Notes: a model not told the origin generated them from the letters alone. A DNA stretch of 64,000 nucleotides from an uncultured Pseudomonadota bacterium (GCA_963847705.1 CAWKBC010000027.1:224001-288000); one strand, 5' to 3'; positions 54,312-64,000 are shown, counted from the stretch's first letter. Made by a program: numbers and translations.

Positions 54312-54568
54312 GATCGCCTTCTCCTGTTGTTTGCCTGCGCCCGTCGGGCGAGCTCGGCGACAGGGTAGCGACCATCTGGGCAAGGGCCAGGGTGCGAGAT
54401 CTGCATCTTCGGGAAAAACGACCCTGTCCGCACCGGCGACGCCCGCCTGCCGAATCTCGGAACCATGACCCCCCCCTCTCTTTTTTTCGGGCGGCGGGCA
54501 GGAAGATCGGGCCATGAGTTCCGCCGCGAGCAGGGCGTTCCGCCGGCTGCTAGGCTGGCTCGAGCGCC

Positions 54569-55189
54569 GTGGCCTTCGAACGCATCCTCTATCTCGCCCG
54601 TCACGGCGAGACCGAATGGAACCGGATCGGGCGATGGCAGGGCGCGACCGACATCCCGCTGTCCGACGTCGGGCGCGCGCAGGCGCGGTTGCTCGCGGAC
54701 AGACTGCGCGACAGGCGGATCGCCCGGGTGTACGCCAGCCAGCTCTCGCGCGCGCTCGAGACCGCGCAGATCATCGCCGCCCGTCTCGGCGCGCCGACGC
54801 CCACCGCCGACCCCAGGTTACGCGAGCGTGGCTACGGCGCGTTCGAAGGCCTGACGCGTGAGGAGTGCGCGCAACGATTCCCGGGCGTCTGGGAGCAATA
54901 CCTGGTCGATCGTCGCGTGGTGCCGCCTGGTGCCGAGCCGCAGGCCGAGGTGATCGAACGAATCACTGCCGCCATGACCGAGATCGCCGCCCAGGTCGAA
55001 GGCCAATCCGAACCAGGGGCGATCCTGGTGGTCTCTCACGGAGGCGCGATCCGCTCGTTCCTCCACGCCACGACCGGCGTGGCCCCACCTCCGCTCGAGA
55101 ATGTCACGGTCTTCAGGCTCCGCTTCGAAGGCGCCTCCTTCGTGACGGTCGAACAGGAGCCGACGATCGGACGAGACGATCGGTCGTGA
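54569..55189 (+). CDS. Histidine phosphatase (phosphoglycerate mutase) family protein
   Basis: LARHGETEWN, SQLSRALETA, VVSHGGAIR. Confidence 0.92.
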   Translation: MAFERILYLARHGETEWNRIGRWQGATDIPLSDVGRAQARLLADRLRDRRIARVYASQLSRALETAQIIAARLGAPTPTADPRLRERGYGAFEGLTREECAQRFPGVWEQYLVDRRVVPPGAEPQAEVIERITAAMTEIAAQVEGQSEPGAILVVSHGGAIRSFLHATTGVAPPPLENVTVFRLRFEGASFVTVEQEPTIGRDDRS

Positions 55190-55387
55190 CCGTCGGCGGA
55201 GCCGTCCCGGCGACCGGCATCGGCGGCGGCGGAAGGCCATGCTGATCGCCGTGCGCCGATCGAGCCGAGACCTCCGCGACCAGGTTGGGAGCGCAGCTTC
55301 TCCCGCTCGGGCCACCTCGGCCATGGGCGCGAGGACGTCAAGCTTCGACGATCGACGACTCTCCGTTCAACCACCAGCCATCCGGCT

Positions 55388-56068
55388 TCAGCCGATCCCG
55401 GCGGCGGTGACCGGGGTCCGCCGGTTCAGGACGGCGGCGCGGGCCCGCGACGGGCGGGGGACCGGGAGTCCCGTGGCGGAGACCTGGGCCGGCGGCGCTT
55501 GGCCGCTCGGGTCGGTCGCGGGCGGGACCAGCGCCAGAGGTTGCACGTAGGCGCCGGACTCGAGGAGCCTGCGCAGCTTGGCGCGGGTGCGGAAGATGCG
55601 CGTCGCCACCGTCCTCTGCGGGATGGAGAGCCGCCCTGCGATCTCGTCCTGTCCGAGTTGCTCGAACACGAAGAGGGAATAGATCTCGCGACTGACCCGG
55701 TCCACGAACAGGAGAGCTCGCTGGACATCCTCTGAGGTGAAATTCTCCCACGCCGGGGTCTCCTCGGGCACCGGGGCGGACGCCGCCTCTTGCACCTCGA
55801 GCAGCGCCAGCCGCGCGCGCCGCCGCCGCGCGCGGTAGTCGTCGACGAAGATCCTTCGCAAGATCGTCGACATCCAGCGATCGGGCGAATCTCCCGACCG
55901 AAATAAATTCCGGCGGCGCAGGCCGCGTTCGAACGCCGCTTGCACCAGGTCACTGGCGTCGGCGTCGTTCCGACACAGGCGCAACGCCAGCCCGAATAGC
56001 TGCGGATACAGAGCGACCAGGCGCTCTTCGAACGTCTCGTCTTGATGCTGATTTGCAGACCGATCCAT
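55388..56068 (-). CDS. ECF RNA polymerase sigma factor
   Basis: DASDLVQAAF region 2, WMSTILRR, EIAGRLSIPQRTVATRIFRTR region 4. Confidence 0.88.
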   Translation of the reverse strand: MDRSANQHQDETFEERLVALYPQLFGLALRLCRNDADASDLVQAAFERGLRRRNLFRSGDSPDRWMSTILRRIFVDDYRARRRRARLALLEVQEAASAPVPEETPAWENFTSEDVQRALLFVDRVSREIYSLFVFEQLGQDEIAGRLSIPQRTVATRIFRTRAKLRRLLESGAYVQPLALVPPATDPSGQAPPAQVSATGLPVPRPSRARAAVLNRRTPVTAAGIG

Positions 56069-56202
56069 GGCCAAGGCTCCTGTCCCCCCCGACGGGCTGG
56101 TTGACCAACACCTCTCGCTTCCACTCCTTAGACGGATCGGATTTGCGGATTTTGCGCGTGGCGGCGATTATTCGTGCGCCGCAGGGCGAAATAGGGGGAC
56201 TG

Positions 56203-57219
56203 ATGACCGCGAGACGACTATCCGCGATGAGCAGGGGTTCGATTCTGGCGCTGGCCGGGCTGGCTCTGGCAGCGGGCTGCGCCGCCCGGCGGCCGCACAC
56301 GTTTGGGATTCCGATGCCGTTGCAGCTTCAGACGGTCGTCGCGGTCGACCGGCAGGGGAACGAGGTTCTCGCGGGCGCGTTTCCTGGGCACCTGCGGATC
56401 GCGGGCGCCGAGCTGGTCAGCGCCGGCGGCACCGACATCTTCCTGTCCAAGACCGCGCCGAACGGGGCCCCGGTGTTTCCGCCCCAGCGGTTCGGGGGGC
56501 CGGGTGAGGACGCCGCGACCGGCCTGGCGGTCGACGACGACGGCAGCATCGTGGTCGCCGGGACGTTCCAGGGCGAGGCCAGCTTCGGCTCACAGACCCT
56601 CAAGGCCGAAGTGCGCCATCCGGGCCAGCGCGCCGTGTTCGTGGCCCGGCTGGATCCGGCGGGGAAGATCCAGTGGGTGAAGCAGATCGCGACCGCGAAT
56701 GTCCCGACACAGATCAGCGTCGCCATCCGGCCCGACCACAGCATCCTCGTCGGGGCCAGCGGCACCGGAACCATCGCCAACCGAACCGGCTCGGAGGCAT
56801 TGGCTGGCGAGAGCATCACGCTCGACTTGCTCTCCTCCAAGGGTGACTTCATTCAACTGCCGGACAACCTGAAGATCCGCGCGCTGACGATTCCGGTCGG
56901 CTGCGCTCACTCGCCTTGCTCCGCGGGTGATGTCTTGCAGGCGGGGTGCGGCCCCGATGACTGTGTCGCCTGGATTTGCAGCGCCGACTCCTACTGCTGC
57001 GCCGTTGCGTGGGACAGCATATGTGTCGGCGAGGTTGGTTCGGTGTGCGAGCGCAGATGCGACTGCAGCACCATCTGTACCCAGGGAATCCCCTTCTACC
57101 CTTCTGCCTGCGCCTGCACCGCCCAAGTGTTCAGCCAGGATCCCTATTGTGGCGAAAACTGGTGGGACAGCATTTGCGTGAGTGAGGCGGTTGGCTGGTG
57201 TCACATCCCCTGTCAGTAG
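56203..57219 (+). CDS. Lipoprotein with beta-propeller-like repeats and two Cys-rich C-terminal modules
   Basis: LAAGC lipobox, VAVD..G/FVARLD..G..W blades, twice DxYC..WDSICVxE; start may be 56227. Confidence 0.8.
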   Translation: MTARRLSAMSRGSILALAGLALAAGCAARRPHTFGIPMPLQLQTVVAVDRQGNEVLAGAFPGHLRIAGAELVSAGGTDIFLSKTAPNGAPVFPPQRFGGPGEDAATGLAVDDDGSIVVAGTFQGEASFGSQTLKAEVRHPGQRAVFVARLDPAGKIQWVKQIATANVPTQISVAIRPDHSILVGASGTGTIANRTGSEALAGESITLDLLSSKGDFIQLPDNLKIRALTIPVGCAHSPCSAGDVLQAGCGPDDCVAWICSADSYCCAVAWDSICVGEVGSVCERRCDCSTICTQGIPFYPSACACTAQVFSQDPYCGENWWDSICVSEAVGWCHIPCQ

Positions 57220-57240
57220 AAGGCAGCGCCGGTTGATATC

Positions 57241-58254
57241 TCAAGGAGTGGACCGCATGAAGACGGTCCGCAGGAAGACCTCGAGTTGGGTCAACTCGGT
57301 AGAACCAATCGAGCCACGTATCGCGACAACCGCCTCGATGGAATCGACAGGACTGCCATATAAGCCGCTCACCCCCAGATAGAGATCTTCGGGGTTGGTC
57401 GTCGAGAGTCCCGGCATCGGCAGATCGCCCATGCCGAGCACCGTTTCATTGAGACGGAGCTCGAGATTGTCTGTCGATCGGTACAGCGTATAGGCCTCGA
57501 CCGAGGGTTGAGAAACGTCCATGGTCGGGAGGACCGTAGTTTCGTCGACGACGCCCTGCGGTTTACCCGCTAGAGCCGATGATGTTGCCGAGAGGACCCA
57601 ATCGATCGAGATCTGTTGACTGTCGGTCCGAGCACCATCGGACTTTTTGAAAAATGAGAGCGGCGTGGTGCTCGACGATAGTCCGGCAACCACGATCACC
57701 GCGAAGTCGCCCGCACCGAAATCCAGTGATGGGCTGTTGGCCACGACGAACCCACTTCCGAGTTGCGCGGAGTCCAGCTGGACGCCGTCCGGGATGACCT
57801 GGGGGAGCGCGCTCGGGTAGAGCGCGTGGGCGTCGTTGGCCTGGCCGGACTGGTCGGCCCAGACCGACACGGGGGAGCCGACGGCGGGGAGGTTGGAGGG
57901 CCAGAGCAGCAGGACCAGGTTCGAGCGGACGTCCTCGGGGAGAGACAGGCAGGTCCCGTTGTGGCAGAGCATGCTCGGGGGGCCGGAGGCGCCGGCCTCG
58001 GCGTCGGCGCCGCCCGCCTCCATCCGGTCGACGCCGGCGTCCGTCATGCCGACGCCCGCGTCGGTCTTACACGCTTTCGTTCCCGGCGAAGCACACAGCC
58101 CTTGGCCCGTTCCGGGATCGACCAGGCATGTGAGGTCGTTAGGGCACCCTTCGCTGGACGTGCAGGTCAGGCGGCAGCTCTCGACGTTGAGCTGAAAGCA
58201 GCTCGCCAACGCCAGGAGCGCTGTCAGACCGGTGAGGGCAGCCGTGCCGGACAT
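57241..58254 (-). CDS. Lipoprotein with LamG/ConA-like domain
   Basis: LASC lipobox, Cys-rich N-terminal module, VSVWADQSGQANDA and LDFGAGDF motifs. Confidence 0.75.
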   Translation of the reverse strand: MSGTAALTGLTALLALASCFQLNVESCRLTCTSSEGCPNDLTCLVDPGTGQGLCASPGTKACKTDAGVGMTDAGVDRMEAGGADAEAGASGPPSMLCHNGTCLSLPEDVRSNLVLLLWPSNLPAVGSPVSVWADQSGQANDAHALYPSALPQVIPDGVQLDSAQLGSGFVVANSPSLDFGAGDFAVIVVAGLSSSTTPLSFFKKSDGARTDSQQISIDWVLSATSSALAGKPQGVVDETTVLPTMDVSQPSVEAYTLYRSTDNLELRLNETVLGMGDLPMPGLSTTNPEDLYLGVSGLYGSPVDSIEAVVAIRGSIGSTELTQLEVFLRTVFMRSTP

Positions 58255-58340
58255 TCCATAAGGAGGACGAATATGGCCGCCCCCTTTTGCGCCCAAGCGG
58301 GGAATATTGTTTCGCCACAGTGAGTGCATGACGTCCACGG

Positions 58341-59192
58341 TCAAAAACTCCCTGACCACCCGATGAGGGCCACGTGGGGCTCCGAAGGGGCGCCGGCTGC
58401 CGCGGACGGACGCGAGAGGATCAGCAGCGTGGCCCCTCCGCCCCCGGCCAGCGCGGCGGCGCCCGCGAACCACCAGGCCCGGGAGGCATCCCGGCTCCCT
58501 TCCAGGTACTGGGAATGCCCGTTCCAGACCATCATGTGCTGGATGGCGGCGTTCACCTGCCCCTGTTGTTCACCTTCGATGTGGTGCGCTTCCCAGGCAT
58601 AGGCCGCCGCCACGCCCGCGGCGACGACCCCGACCCCGATCGCGGCCCATCCGGCTGCGCGCAGGGCCCGGCGGTGGTCGGCGGGACGGACCTCCTGGTG
58701 GTCAGCGGGGCCGGAGGGGTTGATGACCAGGGCTGGTGGCGCCGAGGTCGGCGGGACCAAGACTCGCGGTGCCGGCGCCGTCAGGTCGGGTGTGTTCGGC
58801 CGGCGGGCGCGCTGGTCGGCGCAGGCCTGCATCTCATCGCGCCGGTGCAGGGCCCGCGCGTGGTCCGGATCGTCCGGCGCGGTCGCGTCGATGAAGCGCC
58901 GGTAGGCGTCCAGCGCGGCGACGCAGTCGTCCTTGGCTCGCAGGACCTGGGCCTGGTTGTAGAGGATCGACGGCCGCGGCGAGAGGGCGAACGCCCGCGC
59001 CAGCAGCTGCAGCGCTTCGTCCAGCTGGTTCTGGTCGTAGGCCCGCGCCGCTTGCTCGACCAGCCCGGTGGCGGCCGCTTCGTGGTCTGCCGCCGGCTCC
59101 GCGCCCGGCTGGACGTCGGTCACCGGCTGCGCGTGAGCGGGCGCGGCCAGCCACGCCACCAGCACCACCGACGCGAAGGCCAGGCTCTTCAT
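58341..59192 (-). CDS. Exported TPR-repeat protein with C-terminal TM region
   Basis: Signal peptide (AHA-Q), AFALSPRPSILYNQAQ..ALDAYRRF TPR motif. Confidence 0.82.
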   Translation of the reverse strand: MKSLAFASVVLVAWLAAPAHAQPVTDVQPGAEPAADHEAAATGLVEQAARAYDQNQLDEALQLLARAFALSPRPSILYNQAQVLRAKDDCVAALDAYRRFIDATAPDDPDHARALHRRDEMQACADQRARRPNTPDLTAPAPRVLVPPTSAPPALVINPSGPADHQEVRPADHRRALRAAGWAAIGVGVVAAGVAAAYAWEAHHIEGEQQGQVNAAIQHMMVWNGHSQYLEGSRDASRAWWFAGAAALAGGGGATLLILSRPSAAAGAPSEPHVALIGWSGSF

Positions 59193-59196
59193 CTAC

Positions 59197-60879
59197 TCAT
59201 TTTTTGAAGATGAACCCATCGTTCGGATCGGCCGAGCGTCGGTGGGCGGGCGAGGGGGCCTGGCCTGTTTCGGAGCTGGGCTCCGTCGCCGGCGAATCAT
59301 TGGAAGACTCGGCTCCGGGGGCCGTCGACTGCTCCTGGTGCGCCGGCTTCGTCGTGCTGGAATGACGAGCGGATGGCGACCGGCGAGGTACGAGCAGATC
59401 CGCTGCCGGAGCGTCCGGCAGCGCCGCCGCCGCCCGGAGGTTCGCCGGCGCCGCGCGGGGCGGGGGCACAGGCGGCGCCGTCGCCGTCGCCGAGGGCGGC
59501 AGCTCTGGCGCGGCCGGGGCCGACACCGTCGCGGATTCCGGCGCAGGTCGAACGTCGACGACCGCACGCGGCTCCCGCCGGTTGAACACGAGCGCAGCGA
59601 CCAGGACGCCGGCGACACCCACCGCGGCCGCGGCCGTCCACCGTCGCGCGGGCCAGGCGCGCCGGACGGCGGGCGATGGAGCGAGCTCCGCCGCCGGCGC
59701 CTGCTCCGTCGGCCGCCCCTGATCCGCCGGCGGCGGCCCCTGCTCCGTCGAAGCGGCGCTGGCGGGGGCGGGCGCAGCGACGGCGGCGGGGGCGGGCGGC
59801 GCGACGCTCACCTCGGCGACCAGCGCGCTCACCACGTCGTCCGCCGAGACCGGGCGGAGCTCGATTTCGCGCTGGAGGCACCGTGCGATCACGTCGTTCC
59901 AGCGCGCGTCGATCTCGGGGACCAGCGAACGCACCGGCGGCACCGGCTCGACGGCGCGCCGCCACGCCGCCGGCAGCCAGTGCCCGCCCGGCTTCGGCGC
60001 GCAGGGGAGCTCGCCGGTCAGCATCTCGTACATCACCAGCCCCAGCGCATAGATGTCCGCGGGCTGGCGGGCGCTCTGCCCCTGCAGCTGCTCGGGCGAC
60101 ATGTACGCCAGCGTGCCTTCCAGGCCGCGCGCCTCCTGCGACTCCAGCGTGGCGGTGGCGGTGTGGCGCGCCAGGCCGAAGTCGGTGACCACGATGCGCT
60201 CGCCTTCCGGCTCGGTGGCGAGCATGACGTTGTCGCTCTTGAAGTCGCGGTGGACCACGCCGGCGCGGTGGGCGGCGCTCAGCGCCGCCGCCATCCCCTT
60301 CACGATCGGCAGGGCCGCCTCGGGTGAGAAGCGCCCCTGCTCACCGAGGCGCTGCGCCAGGCTGACCCCCGTGAGCAGCTCCATCGTGAAGAACAGGACG
60401 GTGGCGCCCGGCCGCTCGTTCCCGCCGCCGTGGACCCCCAGGTCGAAGATGCGGCAGACGTTCGGGTGGGTGATCCGGCGCGCCATGTTGACCTCTTGCT
60501 TCAGGCGGCGCGCGGCCTGCGGATTGTCGGCGATCGTGGCGGCGATCGTCTTCAGGGCGATGCGCGTGCCCAGCATCTCGTCTTCGGCCTCGTAGACCTC
60601 GCCCATCCCGCCGCGCGCGATGAAGCGGACGATCCGGTACCGGTCGGCCAGCCTGTCGCCGACCGAGCACCGCGTGAAATTGACCGGATCGTGATCGACG
60701 CGGGTGGACCGCTCGCGCAGGGCGTGGACCGCCCCCTCGATCGCCTTCCGGCAGGCGAGGCAACCGTCCGCGTGCTGGTCGATCCGGGCGACCTGGGCCC
60801 GGTCGAGGCGCCCCTGGGCGAAGTCCAGCGTCGCGTTCTCGTCGATGCACGCCGAGGGGCCGTCGTCCTGGAGCGGCAT
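59197..60879 (-). CDS. Membrane Ser/Thr protein kinase with N-terminal zinc-finger-like motif
   Basis: HADGCLAC, ARGGMGEVY, ALK, HRDFKSDN, DFG, GTLAYMSPE, then TM and Pro-rich tail. Confidence 0.93.
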   Translation of the reverse strand: MPLQDDGPSACIDENATLDFAQGRLDRAQVARIDQHADGCLACRKAIEGAVHALRERSTRVDHDPVNFTRCSVGDRLADRYRIVRFIARGGMGEVYEAEDEMLGTRIALKTIAATIADNPQAARRLKQEVNMARRITHPNVCRIFDLGVHGGGNERPGATVLFFTMELLTGVSLAQRLGEQGRFSPEAALPIVKGMAAALSAAHRAGVVHRDFKSDNVMLATEPEGERIVVTDFGLARHTATATLESQEARGLEGTLAYMSPEQLQGQSARQPADIYALGLVMYEMLTGELPCAPKPGGHWLPAAWRRAVEPVPPVRSLVPEIDARWNDVIARCLQREIELRPVSADDVVSALVAEVSVAPPAPAAVAAPAPASAASTEQGPPPADQGRPTEQAPAAELAPSPAVRRAWPARRWTAAAAVGVAGVLVAALVFNRREPRAVVDVRPAPESATVSAPAAPELPPSATATAPPVPPPRAAPANLRAAAALPDAPAADLLVPRRSPSARHSSTTKPAHQEQSTAPGAESSNDSPATEPSSETGQAPSPAHRRSADPNDGFIFKK

Positions 60880-60911
60880 GTGGTGAGGTTAACGCAGAGT
60901 GCCCTGGCTGG

Positions 60912-61814
60912 TCATTTAGGTTGGCCGTCCTTCGGTGGGCCTTCCTTCGGTGCGGCCGCGCTCGGTTGGCCCCCGCTCGGTGGGCCGTCGGATTCCGTGG
61001 TCCGCCCCAGGAGCGGCCCCAGGCTGACGTAGACCTCGCTGCGAATGGCCTGCGCGAGGCTCTCCAGCGACGTGGCGCCGCCGCGCGATCCGTGACGGAC
61101 GGCGAGGTGCCCGCGCACGGCGACCGCGATCTCTTCGCGCAGCACCATCAGCCGGCGCGCCACCGTCGCCGGGTGCACGCCATAGGGCGTGGCCATCTCT
61201 TCCAGCGTCATGTGGTCGATCAGGTGGCGCCGGAGGAGGTTGCGGTCCTTGGGCGTCAGCGCGGCCACCGTCGCCGCCATCGCCTCCTGGAACGCCTCCC
61301 GGTAGGCCGCGCGCAAGAGCTGCACTTCGGGGCCGAAGTCGACCTGCTCCAGCGAATCGGGGTCGGGCGCCTCTCGCCCGACCACCTCGCGAACGGCCCG
61401 GAGGCAGTCAATCGCGATCCGGTTGGCGGCCACGCGGATCCAGGCCAGCAGGGAGCCCCGCCCGCCGTAACGCAAGATGCGTGGGTCCGGCGGCAACAGC
61501 AACTTCGACCGCAGCTCCTGCATCACGTCGTCGATGAACTCCGGCCGCGGATCGAGACGCCTGAGCGAGAAGCGCGCCGAGGCGACGTACGTCTCCTCGA
61601 GCGCTTCGATCGCCGCCCGATCCCCATGGCCGGAGGCGCAGGCCAGGAACAGATCGGCCAGGTTCGCGGCATCGAGCTCGACGCTGACGGCGCCCAGCGA
61701 GAAGCCGACCTGCTGGGCATGGGCCACGAACCGTTCGAAGTCGAGCGTCACCGCCGGCCACGCGAGCCTCGCCCGTTCGTAACCCTCGCGCCAGCGGAGG
61801 TCCCCGCCTTGCAT
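60912..61814 (-). CDS. Myxococcales-type ECF sigma-70 factor
   Basis: ADLFLACA..GD..A, YGGRGSLLAWIRVAA, RNLLR..MTLEEMA..YGVHPATVARRL. Confidence 0.85.
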   Translation of the reverse strand: MQGGDLRWREGYERARLAWPAVTLDFERFVAHAQQVGFSLGAVSVELDAANLADLFLACASGHGDRAAIEALEETYVASARFSLRRLDPRPEFIDDVMQELRSKLLLPPDPRILRYGGRGSLLAWIRVAANRIAIDCLRAVREVVGREAPDPDSLEQVDFGPEVQLLRAAYREAFQEAMAATVAALTPKDRNLLRRHLIDHMTLEEMATPYGVHPATVARRLMVLREEIAVAVRGHLAVRHGSRGGATSLESLAQAIRSEVYVSLGPLLGRTTESDGPPSGGQPSAAAPKEGPPKDGQPK

Positions 61815-61948
61815 GGCCCGAGTCTATCAGGGACGACCGCTTCTCCCGCTCCCCTCGAGCCCGGCTTTCGTCGGGCGCAGCGTCGACGCGTGTGGGAAGC
61901 TTTGCGTTTTCGACTCCGAGGCGGTTCGACTCTGAAGGGAGCTCAAAG

Positions 61949-62539
61949 ATGCGCTTTGACATCGTGCCCGGCAGTACCTTTCCCGATTACGAGCTGCCCG
62001 ATCACACCGGCACGCCGCGCAAGCTGAGCGAGCTGCAGGGCGACGATCCCCTCATCCTCACGCTCTCGCGCGGCCACTACTGCCCGAAGGAGCACCAACA
62101 GCATCTCGAGCTCGCGGCGTTCTACCCGAAGATCGCCGTCGCCTACACCCAGGTCGTCACCATCGCCACCGACGATCACCACACCCTGCAGGAGTTTCGG
62201 GCCTCGGTCGGCGCGCAGTGGACCTTCCTCTCGGACCCGGAGCGAAAGGTCCAGAAGGATCTCGACATCCAGGAGTACACCGACCCGGACAACAACCCGA
62301 TGATCCCGCACACCCTGGTGCTCAAGCCGCGCCTGGTGATTCACAGCATCTACAACGGCTACTGGTTCTGGGGCCGCCCGTCGGTGGTCGACCTCTGGCA
62401 CGATCTTCGGACCGTCAGCAGCGAGATCCGCCCCGACTGGGACCTCGCCGCGCCTGGCCTCCGCAAGGCCTGGGACGCGGGCGACCATTCCCCCTTTCAC
62501 GGTTGGAACAAGCGGAAAGGCGACAAACCTTCAGGCTGA
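61949..62539 (+). CDS. Redoxin (AhpC/TSA-like) domain protein
   Basis: FPDYELPD, RGHYCPKE, FLSDPE; GGGAG RBS. Confidence 0.85.
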   Translation: MRFDIVPGSTFPDYELPDHTGTPRKLSELQGDDPLILTLSRGHYCPKEHQQHLELAAFYPKIAVAYTQVVTIATDDHHTLQEFRASVGAQWTFLSDPERKVQKDLDIQEYTDPDNNPMIPHTLVLKPRLVIHSIYNGYWFWGRPSVVDLWHDLRTVSSEIRPDWDLAAPGLRKAWDAGDHSPFHGWNKRKGDKPSG

Positions 62540-64000
62540 TCACAGATCGATGACGAGATCGCGCGTCGGTCGCGAGCAGCAGACGAGCAGGTTGCCTTCG
62601 GCGGGACTGTCGAGCGGCTGGGGATCGTAGTCGACCGCCCCCGAGATCAACCCGCTCTCGCAGGTGTGACAGACGCCGCTGCGGCACGACCAGCGGACCG
62701 GAACGTCGCAGGCCTCGGCCAGCTCCAGGATGCTCTGGTAGGCGGAGGGCTTCCAGTGCGCCGCGACGCCGCTGCGGGCGAACGACACCACCGGACCGGT
62801 GTCGGCGTCCGCCTCGGGCAGGTGCGGCGGGCGGCGCGGGGCGGCGACGACGCCCGGGGTGATCGACTCGCTGCCGTCGAAGATCTCCAGGTGAATCCGC
62901 TGGGGCGCCACGCCGACCGAGACGAGCGCCTCCTTCATGTCGGCCATGAAGCGGGTCGGCCCGCAGAGGTAGGCGTCGGCCTCGGGTGGGACGCCGATCT
63001 CCTCGAAGGTCGACCGCGACAGGTGTCCGGCGGCGTCGAAATCCTCGCCCACCTTGTCGAGCGCGCCGGGCCTGCTGTAACAGACGTAGCTGCGACCGCG
63101 TGAGAGTGCGGTCATCAGGCGTCGCACTTCGGCGGCGAAGGGATGGTGCTCTCGATCGCGAGCGGCCTCGAGCCAGAGGACCTGCCGGGTCGAGCCGGCG
63201 GCCGCCAGCGCGTGCAGCATCGCCAGGACCGGCGTCGCGCCGATCCCCGCGCTGAGCAAGACCACCGGGCCCTCGCCCGACTGCAGGACGAAGCTGCCCC
63301 GCGGCGCGCTGACCTCGAGCGCGCCGCCCACCCCGACGTGGTCGCGCAGGTACGCGCCCGCCGCTCCGTTTGGCTCGATCTTCACGCTGATCCGATAACG
63401 CTCCGTGGATTGGGCTCCCGAGAGCGAGTAGCTGCGATAGAGCGTCCGGCCGTCGGCGCCCGGTCGGAGACGCAACACCACGTACTGTCCCGGCAGGGCG
63501 GCCGGGAGCGCCTGACCGTCCGCGCTCTGCATCGTCAGCGAGAGGACATCCGCCGACTCCTGCTCGCTCGCCGTCACCCGCAGCGGCCGAAAGCCGGGCT
63601 TGGCCGGATGCGCCGCCGCAGCCGGCGCCAGCCCCGCGTTGCCATCTCCCGCCCGGCCGGCGCCGCTCGTCGCGCTTTCCAGCAACGCCTGGAACGACGC
63701 GCGCCACCCCGGGGAAAGCGCGTCGATCCCCAACGCGCGCCGCAGCCGCTCGGGCGGGTGCTCGGACGAATAGAGGAGCGCGTTGATCTCCTCGACGGTC
63801 ATCCGCTCTTTCGCTTCTCCCACCTTCACGATCTCGTCGCCGGCGCCCACCTCGCCCTCCTCGAGGACGCGGAAGTAGAAGCCCGGCCGTCCGCTCGACG
63901 TCAACAGGGCCGGCATCCGGGCCTCGTTCATCCGGATGCCGACGCGGTAGCAGGTCACCCGCGGCTGGGTCACCTCGAAGAGGGCGCTGCCGATCCGATA
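62540..64000 (-). CDS. MOSC / FAD-NAD-binding / 2Fe-2S oxidoreductase (5'-truncated by the window edge)
   Basis: QPRVTCY and RPGFYFRVL (MOSC), RSYSLS, AGIGATP, YLCGP, CRSGVCHTC...C ferredoxin motif. Confidence 0.92.
   Translation of the reverse strand, partial: YRIGSALFEVTQPRVTCYRVGIRMNEARMPALLTSSGRPGFYFRVLEEGEVGAGDEIVKVGEAKERMTVEEINALLYSSEHPPERLRRALGIDALSPGWRASFQALLESATSGAGRAGDGNAGLAPAAAAHPAKPGFRPLRVTASEQESADVLSLTMQSADGQALPAALPGQYVVLRLRPGADGRTLYRSYSLSGAQSTERYRISVKIEPNGAAGAYLRDHVGVGGALEVSAPRGSFVLQSGEGPVVLLSAGIGATPVLAMLHALAAAGSTRQVLWLEAARDREHHPFAAEVRRLMTALSRGRSYVCYSRPGALDKVGEDFDAAGHLSRSTFEEIGVPPEADAYLCGPTRFMADMKEALVSVGVAPQRIHLEIFDGSESITPGVVAAPRRPPHLPEADADTGPVVSFARSGVAAHWKPSAYQSILELAEACDVPVRWSCRSGVCHTCESGLISGAVDYDPQPLDSPAEGNLLVCCSRPTRDLVIDL

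Noticed and set aside
48135-64000. Prophage or intact integrative element at tRNA-Gly
   Set aside because: No integrase, phage structural or conjugation genes are visible in the window

Overview
High-GC bacterial chromosome segment whose gene content points to a myxobacterium (Myxococcota; inference from Cys-rich lipoproteins, a Myxococcales-type sigma factor/Ser-Thr kinase pair and an AgmX-like domain). Core genes: leuS, recC-recB-recD, a split methylmalonyl-CoA mutase locus (large subunit, B12-binding subunit, meaB, acyl-CoA dehydrogenase, CoA transferase A/B), an IHF/HU protein, an RlmD-like methyltransferase, tRNA-Thr(CGT) and tRNA-Gly(GCC). Best candidate for an undescribed system: an operon with a sigma54-type promoter encoding a VTC (polyphosphate polymerase-like) protein, a thymidylate-kinase-fold protein fused to helical repeats, a DUF4956/MgtC-like membrane protein and a lipoprotein, facing an NtrC-type two-component system. 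Other notable items are a decayed integron (IntI N-terminal stub, GNAT gene, two attC-like hairpins), a 9x14-bp intergenic tandem array, an orphan Flp pilin and many apparent leaderless promoters. Downstream of tRNA-Gly lies an accessory region with an ISL3 remnant, a compact IS3 lacking orfA, a nucleotidyltransferase TA-like pair and a sigma/kinase/TPR/lipoprotein module flanked by short copies of the tRNA 3' end. All family calls come from motif recognition by eye; no searches were run.
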